Shown here: piece after piece, positions 28,392-37,505 of the stretch
Numbering within the stretch: position 1 is the stretch's first letter
Layout: each line of letters begins with the position of its first letter
Virus record (IMG/VR): IMGVR_UViG_3300020601_000007
Location: 32,001 to 96,000 of that record
DNA: 64,000 bases
Direction: 5' to 3' (one strand)
DNA from: a virus
Made by a program: the position numbers and the translations under genes
The notes under the pieces: generated by a model
The model's database searches: none
What the model was told of the DNA's origin: nothing
Seen by the model: the letters and a program-made list of their open reading frames with translations, nothing else

Positions 28392-28611
28392 AAAAGCCAT
28401 GGCCATCATTGACGACTGTCGTGCTCGTCTCCAAGAAGCCGGGGTCGAGGATGTCATGATTGCGATGGGCGGGGAGGGCGGGGTTGCTTTCTCCTTCAGT
28501 GGCGCTACGAAGACACTCGCCTACCTCTCAATGTCTGCATGGCTTGAAGTCATGATGTCGTCCATGGCGAGTCAGCATGTGGAATCAGGACCACTGACAG
28601 ATGATATTTGA
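28381..28611 (+). CDS. Hypothetical protein
   Basis: Overlapping member of the operon. Confidence 0.6.
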   Translation: MSNEKAMAIIDDCRARLQEAGVEDVMIAMGGEGGVAFSFSGATKTLAYLSMSAWLEVMMSSMASQHVESGPLTDDI

Positions 28612-29248
28612 GGTTGGTAACATGGCAAAAGACGAACGAATCAAAGCAAACGAATGGGAGGTCAAAAAGCGGTGCCCGATTTGCAGCGACATCGCTGCGA
28701 ACAAAATCGACCTTGAAGGAGAACAACTGTTTGATGACCCTGAGAAGAAGAAGCCGATGTTCTGTCCCAACATTCTGGACAAAGAAACCGGGCAAATGTG
28801 TGGGCACACCGACATCCGTATTTTCCACGAAATTGGTTCAGTGGAAATCGCACGCACGTCCACGCGTGGGGACACGCAGCCTTGGGCACACATTACGGTT
28901 GTCCGATGCATGTCCTGCGACTGGCGGCATGTTGTCGCCACCAACCCCTGTTTGGGCAACCCGTGGGACGAAGTGATGGGCTTTGCACGCCCGATGGACC
29001 AATCGAAGGAGACCAAGCGCAAGATTCGGTTCTCCAACGAGCAGGCGGTCGGACTGCGAGCGCATGATGAGAAATACGACAAGAAAACGGCTCTCCGGAA
29101 CAAAAGGTATAAGTCCACGCGTAAGGTGCGTAATCATGAGGAGGGTGGAAAGGCATCCCAAGGAACAGAAAGTGAGTTCACCTATGTCCCGACAAAAGAA
29201 GAGAAGCGCCTCCCCCGATTCAGCAAAAACAAAAAGAAAAAGGATTGA
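28601..29248 (+). CDS. Multi-Zn-finger protein with a basic tail
   Basis: CPIC, CPN...CGH, CMSC; K/R-rich C-terminus. Confidence 0.7.
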   Translation: MIFEVGNMAKDERIKANEWEVKKRCPICSDIAANKIDLEGEQLFDDPEKKKPMFCPNILDKETGQMCGHTDIRIFHEIGSVEIARTSTRGDTQPWAHITVVRCMSCDWRHVVATNPCLGNPWDEVMGFARPMDQSKETKRKIRFSNEQAVGLRAHDEKYDKKTALRNKRYKSTRKVRNHEEGGKASQGTESEFTYVPTKEEKRLPRFSKNKKKKD

Positions 29249-29430
29249 TTGAGATGGCAAAAGAAATCAAAGAAACGAACATCAGCGTGAGCATGAACTA
29301 CAAAGGACTCGAATTCACCTTGTCCCAGCAAGTCAGCAACTACGAACTCGAAGAGCGACTCGACATTTTGGTCGCTCAAGTCAAGGCGTTGTCTGCTGCC
29401 TCCGCTGGCTTGGCAGACCCCGAAGCCTGA
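29245..29430 (+). CDS. Small hypothetical protein
   Basis: Coupled to the upstream stop. Confidence 0.55.
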   Translation: MIEMAKEIKETNISVSMNYKGLEFTLSQQVSNYELEERLDILVAQVKALSAASAGLADPEA

Positions 29431-29431
29431 T

Positions 29432-29779
29432 TCAAGCACGCTTTTTTGCGTAGCGGTATGCCAGCAAAGGCAGACCGATTAAAATCGTCAGATTTACCAC
29501 TGTTTTGGCCACAGCGCCAGCGTTCTCGCTGACCTTTTCCCTGACCTGCTCAACCGGTGTTGGTTTGTCGGGTGGGGCTAACGGGCCAAAGAAACCACTG
29601 GCTGACATGTCTACGCCTTGATACACTCCACCTCGACGCTTCGAGAATGGCGCAGCGCTCTTCTCATATCGGTTGTCGAGAGCGAGACTGTTGAAATCAT
29701 CTGCCCACGTCCTTGACATCGGGTCATGAGCGTGCGGGCTGAACCGTGTGGTCTTACGGTGCATGTCGTCGTGTCCCAC
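29432..29779 (-). CDS. C-terminally anchored membrane protein
   Basis: VVNLTILIGLPLLAY plus a basic tail; GAGGTGGGAG RBS. Confidence 0.65.
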   Translation of the reverse strand: MGHDDMHRKTTRFSPHAHDPMSRTWADDFNSLALDNRYEKSAAPFSKRRGGVYQGVDMSASGFFGPLAPPDKPTPVEQVREKVSENAGAVAKTVVNLTILIGLPLLAYRYAKKRA

Positions 29780-29788
29780 GCTCCCACC

Positions 29789-29953
29789 TCACTTTTGATT
29801 CCTTTCTACCAAAAACATCCCGGTGTGGGCAGCACTGTATCCAAGGAACGCCACTGCGAGACCCCTGCGCCCTCCCTTGAAGTGGTAAGCGGATAGGCCA
29901 AGGCAAGCGGCGGTGACGCTAAGCGTGAGCACCTGAGTGACTGAGAGAGCCAT
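29789..29953 (-). CDS. Small two-TM protein (not in the ORF track)
   Basis: MALSVTQVLTLSVTAACLGLSAY...LAVAFLGYSAA; TGATG coupling. Confidence 0.55.
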   Translation of the reverse strand: MALSVTQVLTLSVTAACLGLSAYHFKGGRRGLAVAFLGYSAAHTGMFLVERNQK

Positions 29954-30183
29954 CACCAGAAACCTCCCAAATAGCCCTCAGAATACGCTCGGTGCCTGAA
30001 AGGTGTTCCGGTTTCTTCACCGGAGGATGAGACCCTGTGGGCGTGCTCGTAGAAGTCATTTGAGTTATTAAACGTGACATAAGCGTTGGCTCCCCAAGCA
30101 ACAAGCAAGATGGCCAAGAGCCCGTAGAAAGAAACCATGTCTCTTTCCTCGAGATAGTCGTGGCCGTGGTCAAAATACCCCAT
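29953..30183 (-). CDS. Small membrane protein
   Basis: FYGLLAILLVAWGA TM segment. Confidence 0.6.
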   Translation of the reverse strand: MGYFDHGHDYLEERDMVSFYGLLAILLVAWGANAYVTFNNSNDFYEHAHRVSSSGEETGTPFRHRAYSEGYLGGFW

Positions 30184-30855
30184 TCAAATCACCACCATGT
30201 CTTCTGCGGTCTCAGGGACGAAGCCATCCATCGAATACAGGTTAGCGACTGCACCCTCGAGTTTGATTTCTTCTCGCTTTGCTCCGAATTGCTGTTTCCC
30301 AGTGAAGTGGGAAGGAGCAGAACCGAGACCGACGCTCTGTGCGATACGGCGTCGTAGAGAAGGCGGAGTGGACCTCATGCGGCCAAACATACCAGAGGAG
30401 GCTCCAGTGCGCTCCAGAAGCGTAGGAGCGGCTTCCTTGGGCATCATGGCGTGGGAGGCACTGGTCGATGTGGTCGTGGAGGTGGAAGCGCCGAGGCCTC
30501 CGAGTTCCTTCAGGCGGTCGGCTTGACCGGAGTGCATTTTCGAGGCGGCTTTCAATTCCGTCTGGATTTTCTCCAATTTCTCTTTTTGAGACTTGGACAG
30601 GTGAGCGAGAGAGGAAGCCTTCTCATGCTTTAGCCATGCTTCAGGTCCTTCTGCTGCGATTCCCATGTTGGCCACGCCATTGGTGTAGGATGCGGAATAC
30701 GGAGAAGAGCCTTTGGGGGCAGTGAGTGCTTTGATGAGACTGGTGCCAGCATAATACAAGGCGACAGCACCACAAAGAGAGACGATGGGGTGTTCATCCA
30801 CGAAACGGTCAAGTTCCGATGCGGTCGGGATAATCGTTCCAATAAATTTCACCAT
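30184..30855 (-). CDS. Membrane protein with short segments joined by Gly motifs
   Basis: N-terminal TM; ANMGI, LGGLGA, GMFGR, GLGS linkers. Confidence 0.7.
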   Translation of the reverse strand: MVKFIGTIIPTASELDRFVDEHPIVSLCGAVALYYAGTSLIKALTAPKGSSPYSASYTNGVANMGIAAEGPEAWLKHEKASSLAHLSKSQKEKLEKIQTELKAASKMHSGQADRLKELGGLGASTSTTTSTSASHAMMPKEAAPTLLERTGASSGMFGRMRSTPPSLRRRIAQSVGLGSAPSHFTGKQQFGAKREEIKLEGAVANLYSMDGFVPETAEDMVVI

Positions 30856-31265
30856 CAGTTATCACTCCTAAAGGGGTCGTTGCTTTGCTGGTAGAGGTAA
30901 TATCCGCCAGCCCCACCACCGAACACAAGCGCACCAATCCCAGCAGCAAGTGCTGCTTTCTTCAGGGTGTAGGTGTTCAGTCGAGTGGAAAGGGAGGGGG
31001 CTGCCATGATGAGGATGAGACCAAGAAGCGCTCCACCGGCACCGATGGCACCGACTTGAGGAGCATTGAGGGCACCAAGGCCACTCATCTGACGATATGT
31101 CAGGTAGTCGTGAACGGCGTTCAATCGGTCATCTGCCGTAGCAACGTATGTTTGTGCCCACTCATCCACTTTGGTTTCAGGGCCGACGATGTCTTTCAAG
31201 CGAGATGCATTCGCATCTATGGAGCGTATTTGTGAGCGGACCATGTAGTTTGAGTGGCGGCTCAA
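30855..31265 (-). CDS. Helical-hairpin domain plus two TM helices
   Basis: MVRSQI...DEWAQTYV..A.DRL..VHDY, MSGLGA linker, two TMs; TTG start after GGAGGGG. Confidence 0.7.
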   Translation of the reverse strand: MSRHSNYMVRSQIRSIDANASRLKDIVGPETKVDEWAQTYVATADDRLNAVHDYLTYRQMSGLGALNAPQVGAIGAGGALLGLILIMAAPSLSTRLNTYTLKKAALAAGIGALVFGGGAGGYYLYQQSNDPFRSDN

Positions 31266-31750
31266 ACACGTCCCCTCCACAACTTCTGAACGCCTGACAG
31301 ACCGGCGAAGACAGAAGCCCCAGTGTGGAGGTCAACAAGAGAGGACGGTGCTGGCTTCGCAATCGGTTGCTCTCCGTATCGTTGACGCATAGGGGCCGTT
31401 CCGGTCTTGTCAAAGAACGCTGACTCATAGGCTTGTGGGGTTGGTTTTGTTGGAGTCTTGAAACGGGTGTCAACATACAGGGAAGGGTTTCGGATGGGTG
31501 CAGCGTTCAAGTGCTGGGTGTCCCTGTAAAAATCACCCTTGTATTGCCCCTCATCGGGGGATGGAGCATAGGCACGGCCAAGGTTGCCGAGAGCCGCATC
31601 ACCGTATAGGATGCGTCGGTAGTTTCGCCCGATGAAATTGCTCGTGCCTTCAAGGACCATTGGGATAATAACTGCTCCAGAAAGAGCGGCCCACAGGATG
31701 TCTCGGTCAGCAAGTCGAAGCAACGGATGTTTATACGCCATTTTCATCAC
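31262..31750 (-). CDS. Membrane-anchored protein
   Basis: ILWAALSGAVIIPMVL TM; ALGNLG and AGLSG motifs. Confidence 0.65.
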   Translation of the reverse strand: MMKMAYKHPLLRLADRDILWAALSGAVIIPMVLEGTSNFIGRNYRRILYGDAALGNLGRAYAPSPDEGQYKGDFYRDTQHLNAAPIRNPSLYVDTRFKTPTKPTPQAYESAFFDKTGTAPMRQRYGEQPIAKPAPSSLVDLHTGASVFAGLSGVQKLWRGRV

Positions 31751-32967
31751 CCATCAAAGGAAACCCGCTTCAGCCGACGGACTTCTGCACTATAAATCTG
31801 AACAGTCGGATTGTTGTCAGCAGGCGTTGTGAGGTTGCCGAAGGAAGTTCCGTTGTTATTCGTGTCAGTCGGACCGGCTGTGGTGTTTGTCGGGTCATAG
31901 TTTTGAAACACCATCGTTGGTGGCGGTGATGCAAGACCCGGAGCAACCGTCACTTTGCAGACGCCAGTGTATGCTGAGCCCCCGTTTGCTGCAAAACGTG
32001 TCGGCAAGGTTTGGGAGTCTGCGACTGCGGTCACCTCACCAGCGAAGTAGATGTTGTTCCTGTCCTTGAACCAAATGCGCTGTCCCACTTGCAGACCAGC
32101 GCCAGCAGTGATGGTTTTCCCTCCAATATCGACGAAGTAAATGTCCTGTCGTGTATCGCGCGGCCAGACGTATTCGTCGATTCCGAACCCGGTGAGTTCA
32201 TCAAAAAAAATGTGAAGTGTTTCTGGCATCGGGGCACTGGGGTCTACCGTAATGATGTTCAACGTGTTCAGAACCGGTAATCCCGCACTTCCAACGTATG
32301 GGTGAAGAGCCCCTCGCTTTACCCTGCTACCACCTGCATCAAGGAACGTCATGTTGAGTGCCCCCGGAACGTTGTTGAATGCCTCCGAGGCCACAGCATG
32401 GTGCGCCACAGCGGTTAGGGCGCGTTTGCTTGAACGGGAGAAGTTATGGGGAACCACAGCGCCACCGCTAAAACCAAGGTTTGTTGGGGTCGCCAAGTCA
32501 CCTCGTGAACGATACGAGCCACTTCCCCCGGTTGGGTTTCCAAAAACGTCATTGTTTGGACGGATGCGGTTGCGTAATACAATGCGGATTCGCCCCTGAT
32601 AGTCCTCGGGGATGTCAGGGTTATACAGCAGCGTGTATCCACGCGAAGGACTCCCTCCGTCAATGACCTGAAAATTCGACAGGAGCCTCCCTGTGTTTGG
32701 TTGAGCCAACAATTCAGCAGCACAGGTGTTTTCATTACGGTAGTCATCCAATTCGATGTAGACCTCGAGGTATGGGTTGTCGGAGACAACTCGCACTTCG
32801 TAAAGGTCGCCACGCTCTTTTGCGTCGACAAGGACAAACTCGTCTCCCGTGCTGAGAGACAGGTTCTCAACGGCTTCACGGACCATCCGGCGGTCTACAC
32901 GACCTTTTTGCCCGGACTTCGGTGCGCTGTCAGAAACGCTTCCGATAAAGGTGAATTCGTCAGCCAC
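31747..32967 (-). CDS. Beta-rich virion structural protein (vertex/penton candidate)
   Basis: Alternating hydrophobic beta strands; located in the structural operon. Confidence 0.55.
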   Translation of the reverse strand: MADEFTFIGSVSDSAPKSGQKGRVDRRMVREAVENLSLSTGDEFVLVDAKERGDLYEVRVVSDNPYLEVYIELDDYRNENTCAAELLAQPNTGRLLSNFQVIDGGSPSRGYTLLYNPDIPEDYQGRIRIVLRNRIRPNNDVFGNPTGGSGSYRSRGDLATPTNLGFSGGAVVPHNFSRSSKRALTAVAHHAVASEAFNNVPGALNMTFLDAGGSRVKRGALHPYVGSAGLPVLNTLNIITVDPSAPMPETLHIFFDELTGFGIDEYVWPRDTRQDIYFVDIGGKTITAGAGLQVGQRIWFKDRNNIYFAGEVTAVADSQTLPTRFAANGGSAYTGVCKVTVAPGLASPPPTMVFQNYDPTNTTAGPTDTNNNGTSFGNLTTPADNNPTVQIYSAEVRRLKRVSFDG

Positions 32968-32981
32968 GATTTATCCCCCCA

Positions 32982-33926
32982 TCACTTGGGGAAATATTCC
33001 GCAAGCAGACTGCCAGAAGTCGGGATACCCGCTGGGTTGATGATTTTGAACGAAAGTCGTCCGCCCGTGCGAGCCTTGATTTCTTGGAGTTGAGCCATTG
33101 AGAGTTCAACGATTCGGTATTTCCAACCAATGAGGCGAATGCGACCGTCCACGATGTATTCTTCCGAGTCGTTGACAAGGCGGAAGGTGGGGAGGTTGTT
33201 CTCACCATGCTCAATCCAAATGCTGTATTCCCAGTTCGGGTCGTCGCACGAGGAAATCTGTCCGTCGATAAATCCTGAAAGGCCCAAAAGGGAAGAGGTC
33301 GAGGCGGAGCCAGATTCAGTCTCTGGAGCCTCGTCAAGGACATATTTAGGGACGCCCGATGGGTGACGCAAATACATTTTGGGTGAAATGAGACCGGTGG
33401 TTGTGCCACGGAATCCGATGGGAATCGACTGGTCAGCGTCTTCGTCAGACGGGGGCAGGCCGGGGTCAGTTGCTGTGCTGGCAACCAACCACTCGCCGTT
33501 GGTCAAATCGAGACACTTTGGTTGAAGTGGGATGGTCGGGCACAACTGATACAGGTGTCCGAAGAAGGGCTCAAGGTCATCGAATTTGATGTGGCCAGAG
33601 TCGTAATTCGGGGAAAGCACCGTGCTGGTGGTGCTGCCCGTTGCGGGAGACCCGTTGGGGAACATGGCTGCCGTCATGGAATTCTGTCCATAGCGGACCA
33701 GCGCAGCGTCCGTAATTTGACTCGAGGACACTGTAACACTGTGGGTGTCGGTGAAGAAGAGGTCGACGGTAAGCGCCTCCACACTCTCGACCATCACGAA
33801 GCGGTCCCTGATTTTCAGGAGGAAGCCCGGTTTGAGGGCCACTCCATCGCCATTGTTTCCGTGTCCTTGCCCAAAGGGGGAACCGAATACGTTCCCTGAG
33901 CGGACTCCTTGGTTGTTGTTTGCCAT
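32982..33926 (-). CDS. Beta-rich virion protein, candidate large single-jelly-roll major capsid protein
   Basis: Beta-strand pattern (SIWIEHG..LPTFRLVN...IRLIGWKYRI); own promoter-like CTTATA and GGTGA RBS; near the A32-like ATPase. Confidence 0.5.
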   Translation of the reverse strand: MANNNQGVRSGNVFGSPFGQGHGNNGDGVALKPGFLLKIRDRFVMVESVEALTVDLFFTDTHSVTVSSSQITDAALVRYGQNSMTAAMFPNGSPATGSTTSTVLSPNYDSGHIKFDDLEPFFGHLYQLCPTIPLQPKCLDLTNGEWLVASTATDPGLPPSDEDADQSIPIGFRGTTTGLISPKMYLRHPSGVPKYVLDEAPETESGSASTSSLLGLSGFIDGQISSCDDPNWEYSIWIEHGENNLPTFRLVNDSEEYIVDGRIRLIGWKYRIVELSMAQLQEIKARTGGRLSFKIINPAGIPTSGSLLAEYFPK

Positions 33927-34146
33927 ATTGCATCACCTTTTTTCTGTCTTTGCGGTGTTGGCCCTCTCGGACCTGATGGGTGGTATCCCACTCATTGGTA
34001 TAAGCCTGCCGAAAGACAGACTGCGCCAATGTGCGGCACCCATCAGGGCCGAGTTGACACTGGGAAGGGACTTCACCGGGGCCTTGGCCCCAGTGGAGTC
34101 GTTGTTCACCCCAGAGGGGTGGAAAGGTTGCTGTGCGTGTTCACAC

Positions 34147-35031
34147 TCAGGCCACGCGGCAGAGCGACACGACGCTGATGATGGCCGCATTGTTGGCCAA
34201 TTCGTCGTCGATGTCGTCCCAAGCGTAGTTGGTCGAAGCACCAGCCGAGCCGTCGTTGAGTTGGCCCAGCGTGATGTTTCCGTTGTTGAGTGTGTCCAAG
34301 TCGCCTGCGCCGAAGTTGGCACCGGTTCCTGCAAAGCCAGCGGTGATGTGTTCACCGACACCCGACAAATCAAGCGTTCCGACACCGCCGCCGGGTGCAC
34401 CAGCAGCAGCCATCGTTGCGTTGATTTGCGAGTTCTCGAATGACATCTCCATGGCTCGCGAGAACACGTTGTTGCCATCAACACCAGCCACAACACCCGT
34501 GTTGGGTCCGGCGGCGAAGGTGTTGGGGGCTCCCTCAGCCAGCGTGTATGGGTTGAGCAGCGTTGCCGCTGGGCTCGCACCATCCATCGTGGTCAGTTCG
34601 ATTGCGCCGACACTGAGAATGGCTTCCACGTTGAACTTGCCGCCAGTGAAGCCGACCACAGTGCCGAGGGCAGTGGTTGCTTGCTGGGGGGTCACGCTGC
34701 CAACCGCAAGGGGAACCTCACGGATGTCACGGACAAGTCCGTGGTTGTCAGCGGTCGTGAAAGTCGTCGAGGTTCCGGCAACGTCGCGACTGTCTTGGAA
34801 GATAGTCGCAGCGCTCCAGCCCACGTCTTCAATGTCTGCGTCAGCGTCGTCGGTGCAGTAAATCATGTCCGGCTTCAGCATGGCAGGGAGACCCTGCCGT
34901 GCGAGTTCAAGCACATTTTTTCCGCCGTTTTCGGTGACGTTGTTGGCAGTGACTTCAACCAACAAAACGTTCGTGCGAACGATTTGCAGTTGAGCACCGT
35001 ATGCAACGTCGAGTCCACCAATTGCTCCCAT
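34147..35031 (-). CDS. G/A/T/N-rich virion structural protein (spike/cement candidate)
   Basis: Small-residue beta-rich composition; strongly biased codons. Confidence 0.55.
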   Translation of the reverse strand: MGAIGGLDVAYGAQLQIVRTNVLLVEVTANNVTENGGKNVLELARQGLPAMLKPDMIYCTDDADADIEDVGWSAATIFQDSRDVAGTSTTFTTADNHGLVRDIREVPLAVGSVTPQQATTALGTVVGFTGGKFNVEAILSVGAIELTTMDGASPAATLLNPYTLAEGAPNTFAAGPNTGVVAGVDGNNVFSRAMEMSFENSQINATMAAAGAPGGGVGTLDLSGVGEHITAGFAGTGANFGAGDLDTLNNGNITLGQLNDGSAGASTNYAWDDIDDELANNAAIISVVSLCRVA

Positions 35032-35067
35032 ATCATCGTCCTCCTGTTGAGTCCTCCGAAAGGGACC

Positions 35068-35682
35068 TCACGACAATTCGCCGATGGATTGGCGTTGCTG
35101 AATCAATTCGTGATGTTGTCCGACCACACAGCCGATGACGCGCCACTTCTCGGCGCCAGCGATGGTGCTGTTGCCGTAGGTAGCAGCGCCGCCGACGACA
35201 CGGTGGGCACAGACGATGGTCTTCTCAGGCTCGATGACGATGGGCTCTTCATACCAGACGAAGGGCTCTTCGAGAACCTCGAAAATCTGCTGGTCAACCA
35301 CAGGGGTTTCGATACCAGAGATTCGCCACTGGTGCTCGGTCACGAGGAGAGGCGTCACGGGGTATTGGATGCCCATGAGGACGTAGTAAAACTCCTCGAG
35401 GGTCTTGAAGTCCAACACGCGCTGGGCCCAGCCGAAGCCGTCCACAGTCACGCTGTTGGGGGCACCGGTGCTGCCCGAGGAGGGCACGAGCCACTGACCG
35501 AAGGTTCCGAGAACGGAGAATTGGTCTGCACGAAGCACACCTTTTCCGTATTCGCCCTTTGGCCAGACGCCTTTGTTTTCAAATCCCCAGTGGGGATAGT
35601 TCGCTTTGACCTTTTGGTCGATTCGCATCAGGTAATCACTGATGACCGACGTTGGTCGGTCGTAGTATGGTCGTAGTTCCAT
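35068..35682 (-). CDS. Candidate small single-jelly-roll major capsid protein (204 aa)
   Basis: All-beta pattern ending EEPIVIEPEKTIV...WRVIGCVVG; first gene after a TATA-like box; strongly biased codons; ATG 35682. Confidence 0.55.
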   Translation of the reverse strand: MELRPYYDRPTSVISDYLMRIDQKVKANYPHWGFENKGVWPKGEYGKGVLRADQFSVLGTFGQWLVPSSGSTGAPNSVTVDGFGWAQRVLDFKTLEEFYYVLMGIQYPVTPLLVTEHQWRISGIETPVVDQQIFEVLEEPFVWYEEPIVIEPEKTIVCAHRVVGGAATYGNSTIAGAEKWRVIGCVVGQHHELIQQRQSIGELS

Positions 35683-35731
35683 GTTTTTTTCACTTCCTTT
35701 GTTTTGTTGCCCTGTGGGCTGACCTTGGGAT

Positions 35732-35754
35732 ACCCCTTCGGTATATGAAGGGGT
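35732..35754 (-). promoter_or_regulatory. TATA-like box within an 8-bp inverted repeat
   Basis: ACCCCTTC-GGTATAT-GAAGGGGT; core GTATATGAAG is identical to 38570-38579. Confidence 0.55.
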
Positions 35755-35833
35755 GATTGGTTTTGGGATTCCCTTTTCAGACTGGGAGTGTTTCGGGCAA
35801 CCTTTATGCCACCGGAGGGGCTGCCCCAACACA

Positions 35834-36034
35834 ATGGCTCGAAAGACGAAGGCAGTCACTGTCAAGTTCGATGAAGAGCAAATCTCCGTTCTGACAAAGG
35901 CTGCTGAGGAAAACGGTATGACGTTGGCAGCGTATGTCCGCTCGTCCTGTATCATGCGAGCAAACGGGAAATTGATTCTGACCAACTCCGAAGCCATGCG
36001 GCGAGAGGAATATTTCAAGAGTCGTGGCATGTGA
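35834..36034 (+). CDS. Ribbon-helix-helix transcription regulator
   Basis: KTKAVTVKFDEEQISVLTKAAEENGMTLAAYVR. Confidence 0.8.
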   Translation: MARKTKAVTVKFDEEQISVLTKAAEENGMTLAAYVRSSCIMRANGKLILTNSEAMRREEYFKSRGM

Positions 36035-36052
36035 TGCTCATCACAGCAAATA

Positions 36053-36520
36053 TCACTGTGCCACCACATTGACAGTGTAGTCTGCCGTGGCCGTGTCTCC
36101 GTTTCCATCAGTGACGGTGCACCTCAGACGATATGTTGCCTGACCGAAATTGGGAGGTGGGTTCACTGGTGCGGGAGGAACCCCCGCTAACTGGGCACCA
36201 ACAGTCACACGAAACGTGGCCGTGTTGTATCGAGCGTTGGTTTTTGTTCCTTCGCTGAGAATGGCACAACTGCTACCATTGGCACCATCATCTGCTGTTT
36301 CCGTGACTGTCCAAGCAAACGAATAGGAGCCATCCCCTCCGCTCGCAGTCGCAGTGGAATCTGCGTCTCCTGCATTTGTATCTACCGTGCCACTTTGGTC
36401 AGGTGGCACAGAATTTAGGTCCACAGCGATATTGGTGCTGCTTACGTTGAGTGAAAGCCCCAGCGGTGCTGGACCAGAGCCTTGCTGAGCACACCCAATC
36501 ATAGCCGGTAGCATTGGCAT
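36053..36520 (-). CDS. Ig/PKD-like virion surface protein
   Basis: ASGGDGSYSFAW...TYRLRCTVTDGNG.TATADYTVNV. Confidence 0.65.
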   Translation of the reverse strand: MPMLPAMIGCAQQGSGPAPLGLSLNVSSTNIAVDLNSVPPDQSGTVDTNAGDADSTATASGGDGSYSFAWTVTETADDGANGSSCAILSEGTKTNARYNTATFRVTVGAQLAGVPPAPVNPPPNFGQATYRLRCTVTDGNGDTATADYTVNVVAQ

Positions 36521-37143
36521 CAACCTACGATGAACCACTTTGAAGTGGTGACGGCAACGACAGTGACTGCTTTACCGTCGTCGACGGTTGTGGTTCCAAC
36601 GATGGTGTCGCTGGCGTCCTTGGTAATGGTAATCTGGCCTCCCGAGTCATTCAAGATGACAAACTGCTCACCCTTGGCGCTGATGTTTGGCAGGGCTACG
36701 TTTCCAGCCGTGACATGAAGGTAAGAACCTCCTTGATTGAACCATGAAGGGGTGTTTCCGCCGCCAGTGTTGAGTTCAACAACCGATGCCTTTGCCAATC
36801 TGGTCTCACCATAAACGAGAGCGTCGTTGGCGACCTCGAATTTGGAATTGACATGAACAGGCAAGACACTGCCTTTGGCTTCGAGTCTCAACGAGATGTT
36901 ACCGTCAGAACCATTTGCTGAAATTGCCACAGGGCTTCCCGACGCCGCGTTTGTGATTTCAACGAAGTTTGCTGCGCTTGACACTTGTTGGAAAATCAAG
37001 TGTTCGTTGCCGTTGCTATCCCGCAAACCCGTGGCGTCATCAAAGTCGATGAAGTGTGCGTTGGTATCCAAGTTACCGCCCAATTGTGGGCTTGTATCAT
37101 CGACAACGTCTCCGCCACCGGAGGGAGGATTGTATCGGGGCAT
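36520..37143 (-). CDS. Fibre/spike-like protein
   Basis: DDTSPQLGGNLDTN fibre-type motif; C-terminal beta domain ending KWFIVG. Confidence 0.7.
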   Translation of the reverse strand: MPRYNPPSGGGDVVDDTSPQLGGNLDTNAHFIDFDDATGLRDSNGNEHLIFQQVSSAANFVEITNAASGSPVAISANGSDGNISLRLEAKGSVLPVHVNSKFEVANDALVYGETRLAKASVVELNTGGGNTPSWFNQGGSYLHVTAGNVALPNISAKGEQFVILNDSGGQITITKDASDTIVGTTTVDDGKAVTVVAVTTSKWFIVG

Positions 37144-37267
37144 AGTGACAACCAAACCGTTTCAGGACATAAATCCACCGAAGACATTGGGCGCCCCGCC
37201 CGAGACAAGGCTCAAGCAGGACACCCGTTGTCCCCCGTGCAGAACACGGGTGGAAAGGTCGGTGAAC

Positions 37268-37480
37268 TCAGCGTTTGTAGAAGCCAATCCCAAGGGTGCT
37301 GGCAGCGCCGAGTCCGAGAGCGATGTGCCCGACGTCAAGGCCAGCAACGACCTCGGTGTTGAGCGTATTCGTCACGGAACGGCCCAAGCCAGTGAAGCCC
37401 ATGGTCCCGATGAGGCCAAGTCCCAAGAGGAGGTGACCGTAGTCAAGACCAAAGGCTGCTTCCCTGTTCAGGCTGCGCAT
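37268..37480 (-). CDS. Small membrane protein with an internal repeat
   Basis: GLDYGHLLLGLG / GLDVGHIALGLG; start may instead be TTG 37495. Confidence 0.6.
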   Translation of the reverse strand: MRSLNREAAFGLDYGHLLLGLGLIGTMGFTGLGRSVTNTLNTEVVAGLDVGHIALGLGAASTLGIGFYKR

Positions 37481-37505
37481 CAGTTGGGAATACAAGGTGA
37501 CCGCC

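Noticed and set aside
35683-36108. N-terminal 142 codons of ORF 35068..36108
   Set aside because: Overlaps a clear plus-strand RHH gene and promoter; ATG 35682 with an RBS is the better start
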